Assembly (NCBI GenBank): GCA_030704615.1
Contig: CM060733.1
Coordinates: 68,200,001 to 68,264,000, forward strand
DNA from: Takakia lepidozioides
Lineage: Eukaryota > Plantae > Bryophyta
Length of the DNA: 64,000 nt
Reading direction: 5' to 3'
Position numbers and translations under genes: made by a program. This document shows positions 23,260 through 35,362 of the stretch, one piece after another. The notes under the pieces are model-generated. The model saw only the letters and a list, made by a program, of their open reading frames with translations. It was not told the DNA's origin and searched no databases. Positions within the stretch are counted from its first letter, which is position 1. Every line of letters starts with the position of its first letter.

Positions 23260-25160
23260 CGAAAATGAGGTTTCAGATTTCCGTCCGGAGTGATTCTTTC
23301 GATTGCTGTTACACGGAAATACGGCGCCGTATTTCCGTATTGCATCATGGTCATGCACCAGAGCGACGGAAATGCGGCACCGAGTTTCCGTCCGGGGGAA
23401 ACCTTTACACTCTCCAGAACGGAAATGCGGTAACGCATTTCCATCCAGCAAGCACGGTATGTGAAGGTGGAACGGAAATGCGGTACCGCATTTCCGTTCT
23501 GATTGAGAATCATGAACAAAGGGAACAGAAATGCGGCACCGCATTTCCGTCCGAGTCGCACTTTCCGACATTCCAGAACGGAAATGCGGCACCGCATTTC
23601 CGCCCGGGAGAGACCTTAACACTCTCCAGAACGGAAATGCGGTAACGCATTTCCATCCAGCAAGCACGGTATGTGAAGGTGGAACGAAAATGCGGTACCG
23701 CATTTCCGTTCTGATTGAGAATCATGAACAAAGGGAACAGAAATGCGGCACCGCATTTCCGCCCGGGTGAGACCTTAACACTCTCCAGAACGGAAATGCG
23801 GTAACGCATTTCCATCCAGCAAGCACGGTATGTGAAGGTGGAACGGAAATGCGATACCGCATTTCCGTTCTGATTGAGAATCATGAACAAAGGGAACAGA
23901 AATGCGGCACCGCATTTCCGTTCTGATTGAGAATCATGAACAAAGGGAACAGAAATGCGGCACCGCATTTCCGTTCTGATTGAGAATCATGAACAAAGGG
24001 AACAGAAATGCGGCACCGCATTTCCGTCCGAGTCGCACTTTCCGACATTCCAGAACGGAAATGCGGCACCGCATTGCCGCCCGGGTGAGACCTTAATACT
24101 CTCCATAACGGAAATGCGGTAACGCATTTCCATCCAGCAAGCACGGTATGTGAAGGTGGAACGGAAATGCGGTACCACATTTCCGTTCTGATTGAGAATT
24201 ATGAACAACGGGAACAGAAATGCGGCACCGCATTTTCGTCCGAGTGGCACTTTCCGACATTCTAGAACGGAAATGCGGAGCCGCATTTCCGATTTGTATC
24301 TGATGCATGGAGCCCAGTGCAATTCCGATCGTTTGAGACAGCGCAATTCCGACCGCTTCAGACAGTCATACTATCCAGAACGGAAATGCGGTACCGCATT
24401 TCCGTTCTGACTGTAAATCGTGAACCATCGGAACTGAAATGCGGCAGTGCATTTCCATCCGAGTCGCACCTTCCTCACAAGCTAGAACGGAAATGCGGCA
24501 CCGCATTTCCGTTCTGACTGTAAATCGTGAACCATCGGAACTGAAATGCGGCAACGCATTTCCATCCGAGTCGCACCTCCCTCACAAGCTAGAACGGAAA
24601 TGCGGCACCGCATTTCCGCCCGGGTGAGACCTTCATACTCTCTAGAACGGAAATGCGGTACCGCATTTCCGTTCTTATGAAAAATCGTGAAACATCGGAA
24701 CTGAAATGCGGTACAGCAATTCCGTCGGAGTCGCACCTTCCGACATTCCAAAACAGAAATGCGGCGCCGCATTTCTTTTTTGTATGTGAGGCATAGAGCT
24801 TTGGAACGAAAATGCGGCACCGCATTTCCGCCAGGATCAGACCTTAATACTGTACAGAACGGAAATGCGGTACCGCATTACCTTGGAGATTGAAAATCAT
24901 GAACCACGGGAACTGAATTGTTGTGCCGCATTTCCGTCCGAATCGCACGTTTCGACATTCCTGAACGGAAATGCGGCGCCGCATTTCCCTTTTGTATCTC
25001 ATACATTGAGCTGTGGGACGGAAATGCGGCACCGTATTTCCGTTCAACAACTAAGGTATGTGAAGGTGGAACGGAAATGCGGTGCCGCATTTTCTTCCAA
25101 CAAGCACGGATGTGTAGCTTCGTGATGGTACTTAACGGAAATGCGGCGCCGCATTCGCAT
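23260..25160. repeat. Array of palindrome GGAAATGCGG-NN-CCGCATTTCC (motif P1), about 35 copies, 53-bp period
   Basis: Starts counted at 23368, 23421, 23474, 23527, 23580, 23633, 23686 and onward. Four or five recurring spacer types. Confidence 0.95.
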
Positions 25161-25724
25161 TTTCACTCCAACTCCAAATTTGAACACGTGGAGCATTGGA
25201 ATTGTGGCACGTGTCTGCACTCTATCTGACTGAACTAGCATGAGGCGGCGCGGCCTGACCGTTGGATAATGATTCGAATTTCGTAATGACGCAAAGTCCA
25301 CGAGGAGACACTTTCCTCCAACCCTTTCGAACCCAAGTGGTGCATCACCGCCGTTCCGTCTGCTTTTGTCGTGTCTCCTCAGTCACCCCTCTCGCGCCCT
25401 TTCCATCTGCACTCTTCGTCCCTTTTCCTTGTCTCTGTTCTTCTTATGCTTGAACCTGAGAGGGAGGGAGTGCGTGCACCAGAGAAGAGACATCGTCGCA
25501 AGCTCCGAAAATTGTACTTCGGACGTAGGCCAATGCCGAAGGGGAGGAAGCAGATGCGTCTACAGGAGGAGATTGCCATCTCGCAGCATCAGGCCACGCA
25601 GGCAACCCAGCCACCAGTGAGAGCTCCGTGCTATCGAGATTTGCCAGCTGATCGAGCACCGAAACCCGCCTCATTTTTCTTCTGCAATTCTTAGACTGTA
25701 TGCTAGGAGACTTGACTGCAGAAG

Positions 25725-28700
25725 ATGTTTGTATGCCTAACCGGAAAGGTGGACGTGCTAGAGGGATCGCAGGAATCCAAAGAGCCGCAGGGAGAGTCCG
25801 TGGAGCTAGCTGCAGCACGCACACCCAGCCGATCCGCGAGCACGGGTCTTCCTGCCGGTCCTAGCCCTGTGCGTTTCAAGGACGCGGCTTCCAAGGGCAA
25901 GTCCTTGCAGTTCAAAGCCCCAGAGAGCGACTCGCCTTCAAAGGTCATGGAGAATCGCCAGCAGGGGTCTAGCCCTTCTCCAGCAAAGACGAAGAAGAAG
26001 CAGCCCGTCCTTCAACTTGTTTCTGAACCGGACCAGGCCGTTTCCCCCCCACCCAGGCGAATGAAGCAGATTCAATTGCAGCAGACACCTTCACCTGCAA
26101 GAATGAGGAAGCACAAGGCAATCAGGGGGAGGGCGGAGCAGTCTCCAAAACCGATTCCACGAGCTGAAGCCCAGTTCCTGCTTGATTTCCAACCTGCTGC
26201 AGCGAAGCCAATGGGATCAACCGGAGATCTGGTACCGGAGGAGGGTGCTGTCTCTCAACGTTCTCAGCAAGACCTGACCACAGTTGAGGAAGACTTGACC
26301 ACTGAAGGCCCGGAGGAGGCCTCTGCAATTGCACAATTGTCCGCAAAGATTCCCCAGAGTGCAGCTCCAGTTGGGGATGCTCAGCCCCTGCCGCCACCAG
26401 CAGAAATGTCTCCGGAGGAATTCCAAAGTGCAGCGGATACAATGTTGGAGGAGACACATAGTAGCATTGGCAGAGTTCTGGGCAGCAGGGTATTCCAGCG
26501 GACTCTTCGAATCCCACTCTGTCGCATGGTCTCCCTTCCCATCGTCAGGCAGGCACTTCCCGGAGATGTGGATAAGCTCAAGTTCGCATTTCGAGAAGGG
26601 TACCGTCTAGGTTCGCCAGCCTTCTACGTTTCCCTTGAGAATGAGGACGGCGAATCTCGTGGACCCACTGCGGAGGAATTTTTAACATGGGATACCCATT
26701 GGCACACTCGCAACGACGAATTCGAGGCAACACTGAAGGATGATCCCGACTTTGGCCATATGTCGGGTAAAATGTTCTTTGTGTGGGACGGGAATCACCG
26801 ACTTCTCGCCTGGTTGGGAGTACATCAAGCAGAACCATGCCAAGCACATTGGCTGGCATTACATGGTGGAGTGTGTCATCCTCAAGGTGAAGGCGGCAGA
26901 CTCCTCCCTGCTCAAGAATGCCATGGCGGACCTCAACTCGTAAGATACTCATACCCTCCTATGCACGTTCGAAATGCGGTGCCGCATTTTGGTTTCCAAT
27001 CTGTTTTGTTTCCGTGCTTTCGTGGACTGAACTGAAGAGTGTGCCTTGCAGGGTCACTGAAAATGCGTACGTGCATACCCACATGGCACATATGTTGTAC
27101 AGGGTGAGGAAAACTGGTCTCATTGATCCGCACATGCTCGCGGAAATGTTGGAGCCCGAGCTCATTCAGAAAGCCGTGGCAAAAACTGACCGGACATGGT
27201 ATCGTCTCACTATGGATGGAATGTTGGAGGTCATATACAAAGTAAGTCGTCCTCCCATTTCCCTCTGCTCATCCTTCCTCAATTTCCGGTAATCTTTCCA
27301 CATGAATCGAATGTAACGCTTCTGCATGTTTTTGTTGGCAGTCAAACATCAAGCTGGATTTGGCCCATGCCAAACGCTTCTTCATGGAAAGTGAGGGGCA
27401 GGTCAAAACGTTGCAGTCATTGACTGAGCACTTGAAGGAAGCCGGGGTCAAGTCCAGAACAAAATACAAGTCAAAGCTTGTGAAGCTGGTGGCCATTGCA
27501 GATCCGACACTTGGAAAGGACTTCATCCCCGAGATTGCAAAACACTATTCTCGGGCCATGCAGCCGACGATGCAGTTGGAGAAACTGCATCACCTCTCAA
27601 CGACATGTGTTGAAGCGAAAGAGAAGGTGATGTTTCAATTCACTGAAGTTCCTTCCTAGCAATAGCCACTCTTCTTCCTGCTCCTGACATTGGATCGGAA
27701 ATGGCAGACACGGTGGCTGTCGATCTGGAATGCATCGGAGAGTATAAGGACAATGTGGAGTTTACGACCCTGCAGTGGATGTGTGGCTCAACCGCATGAC
27801 TTGGTGGTTTCAGGTAATTCAAGGTACTTCCCCAGATTTGCTTTTCTAAAATGAATTCCCTGAACTGCTACGTGACAATGCATGTGGGAATCGCAGGTAA
27901 TGACGAATGCGAAGGAGCAAGTCGTTATGCATACAAATTCGTTTGGCTTGTACGTCAAATGGGATGGAACACAGACATTGGAAGACTACGTGACACGTTT
28001 CAGATGTGCTTACAAGGACAACCTCTTCGCCAGGGAGCTGCAGACAGCAAGAAGGAGCGTGGAGTTTACACATCAGGAGGGAGCGGGAAAAGCTGCAATG
28101 CGAATTGTTTACAGGTGAAGCCCAGCTGTCATTGTATGCAAAGCCTGGTAATGAGGTTTGTTTGGGAAATGCGGCACCGCATTCGCATTTTATGTTTTCG
28201 GTTGCACTCTGCGAGTACGTTGGTCTCAACTTTTGCTCACGCATGCTGACTGCCCTGCAGGTATATGAAATACGTGCTTCTTCAGACAGGGGCCCTGGCT
28301 CAAGAGCCCCCGTTCTTCATGGCTTGGACCATGGCGGGCCCAAGCTGTGTCTACACACCCGAGATGCAGAAACAATGGCATGCCGCGCATCTGGTTGGAT
28401 GCCCGTGGTACCTAGACATGTCTGGCGGAATTGTTGACGAGTCTGAGAAAGATCTGCACGCGAAAGCAGAAGAGAAGAGAAAGGAAAGACGTGTCCCTGC
28501 TCGGCCAGAGTCGGCAAAGGAAGCTGCTGCTCTGGAACAATCCAGAAAGGCAGCTGAAATGGCATAGAAGACGGTGGATGCAGCTGTGCAGGCTCAACAG
28601 AAGGGGTCGAAGAAGCGGACTCGGCAGCAAGGAGCAGCAGTTGTGACACCCAAGAAAACGAAGAAGCAGAAACAGATAGTGCAGGTAGAGGGTGAGGAAG

Positions 28701-30044
28701 AGGACTCCGATGGAGACTTTGCAACCAGCCCACCCCCCGAGACGGAGCCAAAATCCCCTGTGCCCACCGTTGTCACGAGAGGGACGAGAACTGGCTCGGC
28801 AAAGAAGGCACTCTTCAACCCCCCGGGGGGGGCACCCTTTCGAGCCGGTGGAAATGAAGAGGCCGAAAGTGGATCCCGATACAGTAGTCCAGTGTGTCAA
28901 TGAGAGTTTCTTGGCGGCTTTGGATGGACGGGCAGCCAAGTTGGCATACATGAAGACCATGGAGGGTCTGAAGGGCAGAGCACTGAAGAAGGCAGCTGCC
29001 GAAGAGCCTTCCGACACCCCCGGGTTTCTAAAGATGGTCTCGTTCCTTGAGAGGGTGTGTGCAGACAAGGATTGCAGGAGGGGCGGAAATGCCACCGATT
29101 GGTCTTGCGATATGATCATCTTGGATATTCCAGACGGAGAGCCTGTGGAAGGACTGCAAGCTTTGCCATCTTGGAACAAGTACTCCGAGGACTTTTGGAA
29201 GAAAGGATTCGGGCTCGCCCGCATGGTGTTGGACGACAGAGGCTGTGTGGTTGTCCTGGCGAGCAGAGGCAAAAACACGCAGACAGGAATTGCGAAGTGG
29301 ACCCGCAAGAGCGCCGTCCCAATTCTGAAGAAGAAGTGGACGTGCATCAACACATTGGGCCTTCGGTCGGAAGGGAAGAAGGTAATTACGACCTTGGCAC
29401 TCGTCCTTTCATTTTCTTAGGAGTCTTGAAATGCCGTGCCGCATTCGATTTCTAATCGTCCCCCACTGTGTATGCAGACGAAGCAGTTCGATGCATAATG
29501 CTTTGTGAAGGAGAACTCCACCTTTGCTTTCCGGAAGGAGGGATTGTTGGTTGACCCGAACTGCGACCCCATCGATTATGACGTCCTGTTCAACAACATT
29601 CCCACGGAACTTCTCCCTCATAGCCTCACTTCAACTGAACCCCTGCGGTATTCACGCACTCGGAGCCCTGCCTTCATTCAGACAATTATGGAGACATGCA
29701 CTGACGTGGAGGGCACAGTGCTCGACCTCATCTGTGGGACAGGTATGCAGAATCTTGTTGTATGTTTTTTTGCAAACTCTCATTATGCTTTCATTCGCAA
29801 CATCTGAAGGGCCATGTCATAATGTGTGGATGGCATTGTAACAGGTGCCTCAATGTGGGCTGGGCGGTTTTCCGACCGGCACCTCTTTGCCTACGAGGAG
29901 GACACAGGCGTCTGGGGATCCCATCTGGAAGGGCTGCAACGGAATGTGAAGGCTCCCATCGAAGTCAAAGACTCCTCGGATTCGTCGGAGTCGGAGGAAG
30001 AGACAGTGGACATTGATGCCGAGGAGAACCCGGAATACGAGTGA
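25725..30044 (+). CDS. Multi-exon ParB/Sulfiredoxin-like + beta-class N4/N6 methyltransferase-like fusion gene (P1); a few frame disruptions
   Basis: IPLCRMV..VRQAL..DVDKLK..FFVWDGNHRLLAW (ParB-like GxxR); CDMIILDIPDG..WN..ARMVLDDRGCVVV (motif IV-VI-like); RSPAFIQTIMETCTDVEGTVLDLICGTG|ASMWAGRFSDRHLFAYEED (motif X-I-II-like). GT-AG introns at about 26940-27051, 27242-27341, 28114-28260, 29382-29478 and 29743-29844. Confidence 0.75.
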
Positions 30045-30147
30045 GTGCAAACATTGTAAGTTTGCAAAGCCTTCTGTGTGATTTTTTATCAAACGCATAT
30101 CCGGACTGTGGTTCTCATTGGTCTCGTTGGTGATTGTTATATGCAGG

Positions 30148-30615
30148 ATTGGAGGATCCGGGTCGAAACATGTAAGGCCTACACTTCCTGCCAGGAAGAA
30201 TGTCCCGTTCTTTGCGAGGGCCGACTTCATGACGAGCCCGGTGAAGGACTACTCCCTTCCTAGTTATGCAGCTAAACTCGCAAATACAGCGATTAGACGA
30301 TGTGAGAATCCCAGTAAAGTAGAGCAGATTTTGGAGAGGGCTAGGGAGGACAGAAGGATAAGGAAAGAGTTGGCAACAGCTGAGGCAGGTAGACGGGTGC
30401 GAAAGTTCATATGTGATTCAGCGGATGAGAGCGATGCAGACAGGGAGGACGACGAGCCAACGGAGGTGAGATGGTTAGTTCCGCAAGGTGAAGATGGGAT
30501 TTTCGAAAGCCTGGCCAACGAGCAGTCCGCTGGAGATGAGAAAGGCAATGACGGGGTGGAGGCGGAGCATGACAGTCAAGGACAGGACGACAGTAGTGAT
30601 GATTTTCAAGATTAA
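30148..30615 (+). CDS. Terminal exon or small ORF of unit P1, acidic C-terminus, function unknown
   Basis: Open frame after a tgcag acceptor, with coding-like composition. Confidence 0.35.
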   Translation: MGGSGSKHVRPTLPARKNVPFFARADFMTSPVKDYSLPSYAAKLANTAIRRCENPSKVEQILERAREDRRIRKELATAEAGRRVRKFICDSADESDADREDDEPTEVRWLVPQGEDGIFESLANEQSAGDEKGNDGVEAEHDSQGQDDSSDDFQD

Positions 30616-30749
30616 TACAATTTTAATGAACTCTCTGTACATTTAAATTCAATTCCAAAGTATATAAAGGGAATTCTCCCCGTCCTTCATGTCCCCTCTC
30701 CCATGTGCTTCTAAACGACAACATCGTCCAAACCTGGTCCCTCCCAAAA

Positions 30750-31760
30750 TCTGAAATGTGGCACCGCATTTCAATGTCTGAACGGAAATGTGGCAACAGC
30801 AAAAACCTCCTTTGGAAATGCGGCACCGCATTTCCAAAACCGGTGCAGGAAAAAATTTCCGTTTCATGGTTTGGACATCAGAAACTGTTCGGACAAACGG
30901 AAATGCGGTGCCGTATTTCCGTTTCCGACACGGCAGTTTTGCCGATTGCCAGCTCCTTCCATGGATGTAAATCGAAATGCGGAGGTCGAACATGGAAATG
31001 CGGTGCCGCATTTACCTTTTGGAGATGGACATTTTTCCAACTGCAGACCCATCGACGTTCTTGGGCTCCCCATTCCATGATGCTAGACGGGAATGCCGCA
31101 CCGCATTCCATTGTCCAATAAGAAATTTCGGGACATCGTTGTTTGCCCAATTCCAGACCCTTTCATGGAAATGCGGCACCGCATTCCATCGTCCTATAAA
31201 AACTTACATTGTCCTGTAAAAACTTTCAATTGCCCGACATGGGAAATGCGGCGCCGCATTTCCAAAACAGCCATTGTTGTTTGTCCAATTCCACACCCGT
31301 GTGGGCATTCCGTCTTGATGGACGGAAATGCAGCACCGCATTCCATTGTCCAATACGATATTTTGATGACGAACATGTAAATGCGGTGCCGCATTTCCAG
31401 AACTTCCATCGTTGTTTGTCCAATTCCAGACCCTTCGACGGAAATGCGGCACCGCATTCCATTGTGCTCTCCGGAAATGCTGTGCCGCATTTCATTGTCC
31501 GGTACGAAATTTGATGACGGACATGGAAATGCGGTGCCGCATTTCAAGTATGGACATGGACAAGCATTAGCGACTGGACATGCTTGGATAGTTCAAGGTC
31601 GAATATGGAAATGCGGCGCCGCATTTCAAATTCGAAGTATGGTAATGTCATGTCAGGAAATGAAATGTTGTACAACATTTCCGTTACGACGACAACGGAG
31701 GAAAGGGAGCTGCCAGAAATCGCTGCATGGAGAAAAATGAATTGCGCTGCCGAATTTCCG
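30750..31760. repeat. Second cluster of motif P1, about 15 copies, irregular spacing
   Basis: Copies at about 30752, 30814, 30899, 30993, 31166, 31242, 31324, 31377, 31441, 31525 and 31607, among others. Confidence 0.9.
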
Positions 31761-32034
31761 AGCTTCGGCGTGTACATGTTTCCTACAACTCATACATGGA
31801 TTTTCTTCACCTCAGGACTCTGATATCGCTGACTCTGGTATAGTCATATGGACAGACACATTGTACAAATGAGACCTCAAATTGTAAACAGTGGGCCAAT
31901 TACGGCAGTTCTTGAACATGATGAAACACAAGCACACAGAAGTGAGGTACGATGGGTTGTTTTATTGATCGAACACGGTGTCTCACATTTAGCAACCCCA
32001 GACAAATCTAAGCCCTTCCTCTTCTACATGGGCG

Positions 32035-32680
32035 TCACCAAGTCGACGGAACTTCGATAGCCCTCAAAACAAGCTCATTACTGATGCGGCACCTCGAGGT
32101 AAACTGCAATGCGGTCGATCTGGTGCCCTTGGTGGAGCTGACGACAATGTCATGCCCATCAATCATACCACCATCATACATCGACAAGGTCACTGTGGGC
32201 CTCCTGTGCCCGTGCGATTCGTCTTCGCAACTCAGCCGAATGTCTCCATACTGGAAAAGTGGAGTGAACTCCACGAATATAGTTTTCCCTGGTGCCGTCC
32301 TCCCTGGTCCACTGGCAGCAGTTCCAGCGCCAAAGTGAGGCCGTGCGTGATCTGTCCGGCATCCCATTCCACCTTGGTATATCGAGGTCAACAATTTTCA
32401 AGACCCACGGACCGCATTGACCCTCGCCCTCACCTCGCTCAAAGCGGTAATAGCCCTCCAAATACTCCATTGCGCGCAAAGACTCCCGCTTGATTCCAGA
32501 TGCGTTTGTGAAAAGTGAAAGCCAGACAATGATGTCTCCTGATTCTGGTTTGAACATAGCATAATCGTGGCCATGATAAGGGCAGTCAGCAGGATTTCGG
32601 CGGCACGGCATCCCCGAAAAAGAGTAGCGCAGTATGCTCAATGACGGCAGCTCCCGGATGGAGGAGGTAGCAGCGCGGTG
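32035..32680 (-). pseudogene. Hypothetical protein, paralogue X1 (one frameshift)
   Basis: LRYSFSGMPC..DCPYHGHDYAM..GDIIVW..EYLEGYYRFERG..PWVLKI..WNCCQWT../YGDIRL..DGGMIDG..LQFT..ELVLRAIEVP. Confidence 0.6.
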
Positions 32681-32959
32681 GCTGGAAGAAATTCAAGCAA
32701 ACGCTGCAATTCCTTATAAACACTCCAGGGCACATTTAAATATCCCCCCGACAGGAACCTGCATGGATGAAGATTGGCTCATCCATGGATGTAGCCGTTT
32801 CAGTTTCATTCCCTGCCATGCAAACTATGGGCAGTAAGTGCCAGGTGGGCCTATAGCCACTCGAGACGACGAAGTCCATCCCCCCTTCGATGTAAATACG
32901 GCGCCGAATTTCCATCCGGGGGATGGACTTCGGTGGCAGATTTCAAACTATACCCCGTG

Positions 32960-33726
32960 GATGAGAAAGAGGTATCGGTTCATCCACCGCTGGCTTGTTG
33001 AACACGTTACACGATGATTGGTGGGTACTTGTGACCCAGATGGTCCATTATTAGAGCCCGCACTGCTCTTCCGCTTCTCATCATTTCGAAAATCTAAGGG
33101 CTTCGTTGCTGTCCGCAAGGTGATTGTCATCGGCATCAAAGACGTCCTCAGGTCCTCCTTTGCAAGGATGCCGTGCTTCCGGAACTGGGACGACTGCCCT
33201 TATGGAGGCATCGATTATGCAATGGGCCACATCGGGAGACATCGTTATCTGGTACACAGATTACACAGAAGATACTGGTTCGAATGTGGAAACATTGTCC
33301 GCTTTTGAGTATCTCCCAGGCCAGTACGCCTTCAAGCGGGGTGACGATCTTGGTCTGAGGAGTCCGTGGCTCCTGCGCATCCTTGATTCCGATTTTCCCA
33401 GCTACGACGGGCACCCATGCAGAAGAATGCGCACTGCTATGCTGTTGCGGTGGAACTGCTGCCAGTGGACGTGGGTGGACTCCATCGGAGAGACTTATAC
33501 TCCTGAAGGAGTACGCTCATCTTCTCCATTGTATGGGGACATTCGCATTGGTGTGGACGGCGAAAACGTGAAGCTTTCCATATTCGATGGTGGTATGATT
33601 GAAGGGCAAGGCATTGTGGTGAACATAAACAGGGGCGGTACAACGGCTGCAATCCAGTTTACCTGGAGGAGCCCGAAGACTCATGAGCTACTTCTCAGAG
33701 CAGTCGAAGTCCCATTGACAACGTGA
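32960..33726 (+). pseudogene. Hypothetical protein, paralogue X2 (frameshifted)
   Basis: LRSSFARMPC..DCPYGGIDYAM/SGDIVIW..EYLPGQYAFKRG..PWLLRI..WNCCQWT..YGDIRI..DGGMIEG..IQFT..ELLLRAVEVP. Confidence 0.6.
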
Positions 33727-34124
33727 CTTGTATTTAGAAGGCACAAGGCTAAAGAATTGTTTGCACAATCAGCACAGTAGACGTGCTTCAAATGCAATTT
33801 ATGTGGATCAATAAAAACCCCATTGTGCCCTCTTTTTGTTCTATTCTGTATCCATCGTTCCCAAAATGCGTCATTCCTCATTGGGAGTGTGGGTGGATTT
33901 TGCAAGTGGCTGGTAGGCTGAAATGGGCCCCCATTGTACAGATCAGTACCACCCTACCATTCGCGAAACATTGCCTTTCAATATGTAATTCTAAAAAACA
34001 TTGCCGAACCTCCTTCATCGGGAGGTCCTTCTCCCCCTATGACCATGACACCCTAAACCCTATTCCCGCGGACACTCATTTCCGGAAAATAGTCCTGCTC
34101 ATGTTTTTTTCGACACTTACGACT

Positions 34125-34193
34125 CTGCTCATGGCTCATGGCTCATGGCTCATGCCGCTCATGGCTCATGCCGCTCATGGCTCATGGCTCATG
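34125..34193. repeat. (GCTCATG)n heptamer microsatellite
   Basis: About 9 visible units. Confidence 0.85.
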
Positions 34194-34589
34194 AAATAGC
34201 AGCCCCCCCCTCCCGAAAACCTACACTCCTCATTTTGGCAGGGCTTCGCCGAGACAAGATGAAATGAGAGGGAGAATGAGCCCTTTATATAGTCTCGCAT
34301 TTGCATGCGGATGAAATCACCCATAGATGATGCATGAGCACGAGACAGCACGGGAATCATTTCCGAGGCAGGCTGAGCGCAAGCCCTGCCGTACCGGCGA
34401 CAGAGACAAGCACGTGAGTACAGCCTCTGCATGGCCGCCACGTGGATGGAGTTCGTCTATGGTATACATTCACCATACATGCATTATGACATACATGCCA
34501 TCTCAACCGTCCATTTTGCTGGGCAATCGCATCCGATCCGTCGGATTCAGTGGATGGTCTCGAAGCTCCCATGTCCATCACATCACAGC

Positions 34590-35362
34590 GCCGCGCCGCA
34601 TGGAGCGGGAGATCTCCCCTCGGAGCCATAATTTAACTTGCAGCCACCGTACCCAGCGCCGGCACCGGGTTCAATAACGCCGCCGCCGCAGCATTGTGGC
34701 CACGAAGAGCTTGGGTACGTTGATTGCTCTGGCGTACAAGCAGTAAATACTGGCACGGGGGGCCTCCCATACTCTGACGTACCCGAACGTGCGCTCACTA
34801 TATGCTGACCACGTCGATGCCATCCGATCCGTCGGATCCGGTCTCCCGATCCGATCCGTCCGCATCCGATCTGTCCGATGTTTTTTTTATTGGCGAGTTT
34901 TCGTCAAATTTCAACCTAAAAAAATGAAATGAAATATTATGTCGAAAATTCCCAGTTTTTTCATGCATATTATCGCAAAATAAAACCAAATAAAACTTAA
35001 ACTATGGATGAAGTCTCCAAATATGGATGAAATCTGTGGGTTTCGGTATATATCTAGATGAAGCTCATTGGATGAACAGGATGTACAACTATTTTTTGCC
35101 AAACTCTGTAGCCAGTCGTCGCGTTTTCCAAAAACAAAAACAAAAAACAGAATTATCGTTGTGCCGCGTGGAGCGGGAGATCTCCCCTCGCGGCCATAAT
35201 TTAACCTATAGCCACCGTACCTACCGCCGGCGCCGCGGCATTGTGGCCACCTGGAACTGGGCTATGCTGATTGCCCTGGCGTACAATCAATTAATTATGG
35301 CAAGGGGGGGCTCCCGTACTCTGACTACCTGAATGTGCAAACCCTGCATGCTCACCACGTGT
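34590..35362 (+). repeat. Diverged direct repeat of about 200 bp (about 34590-34815 and 35160-35362), each copy starting with motif P2
   Basis: GGAGCGGGAGATCTCCCCTCG..GCCATAATTTAAC..AGCCACCGTACC..GCATTGTGGCCAC..GGCGTACAA..TACTCTGAC occurs twice. Confidence 0.8.

Noticed and set aside
23260-25160. CRISPR array (palindromic repeat plus spacers of about 31 bp)
   Set aside because: Spacers recur in a few types, the motif is also scattered in introns, no cas genes are present, and the context is eukaryotic.
23181-25301. Many ORFs with MRCRIS/KCGAAF/GNAVPHF motifs (also at 30623-31777)
   Set aside because: These are translations of the palindrome in all six frames, not proteins.
28412-29353. 313-aa minus-strand ORF (also 39075-39794)
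   Set aside because: Antisense shadows of the plus-strand P1 and P2 exons.
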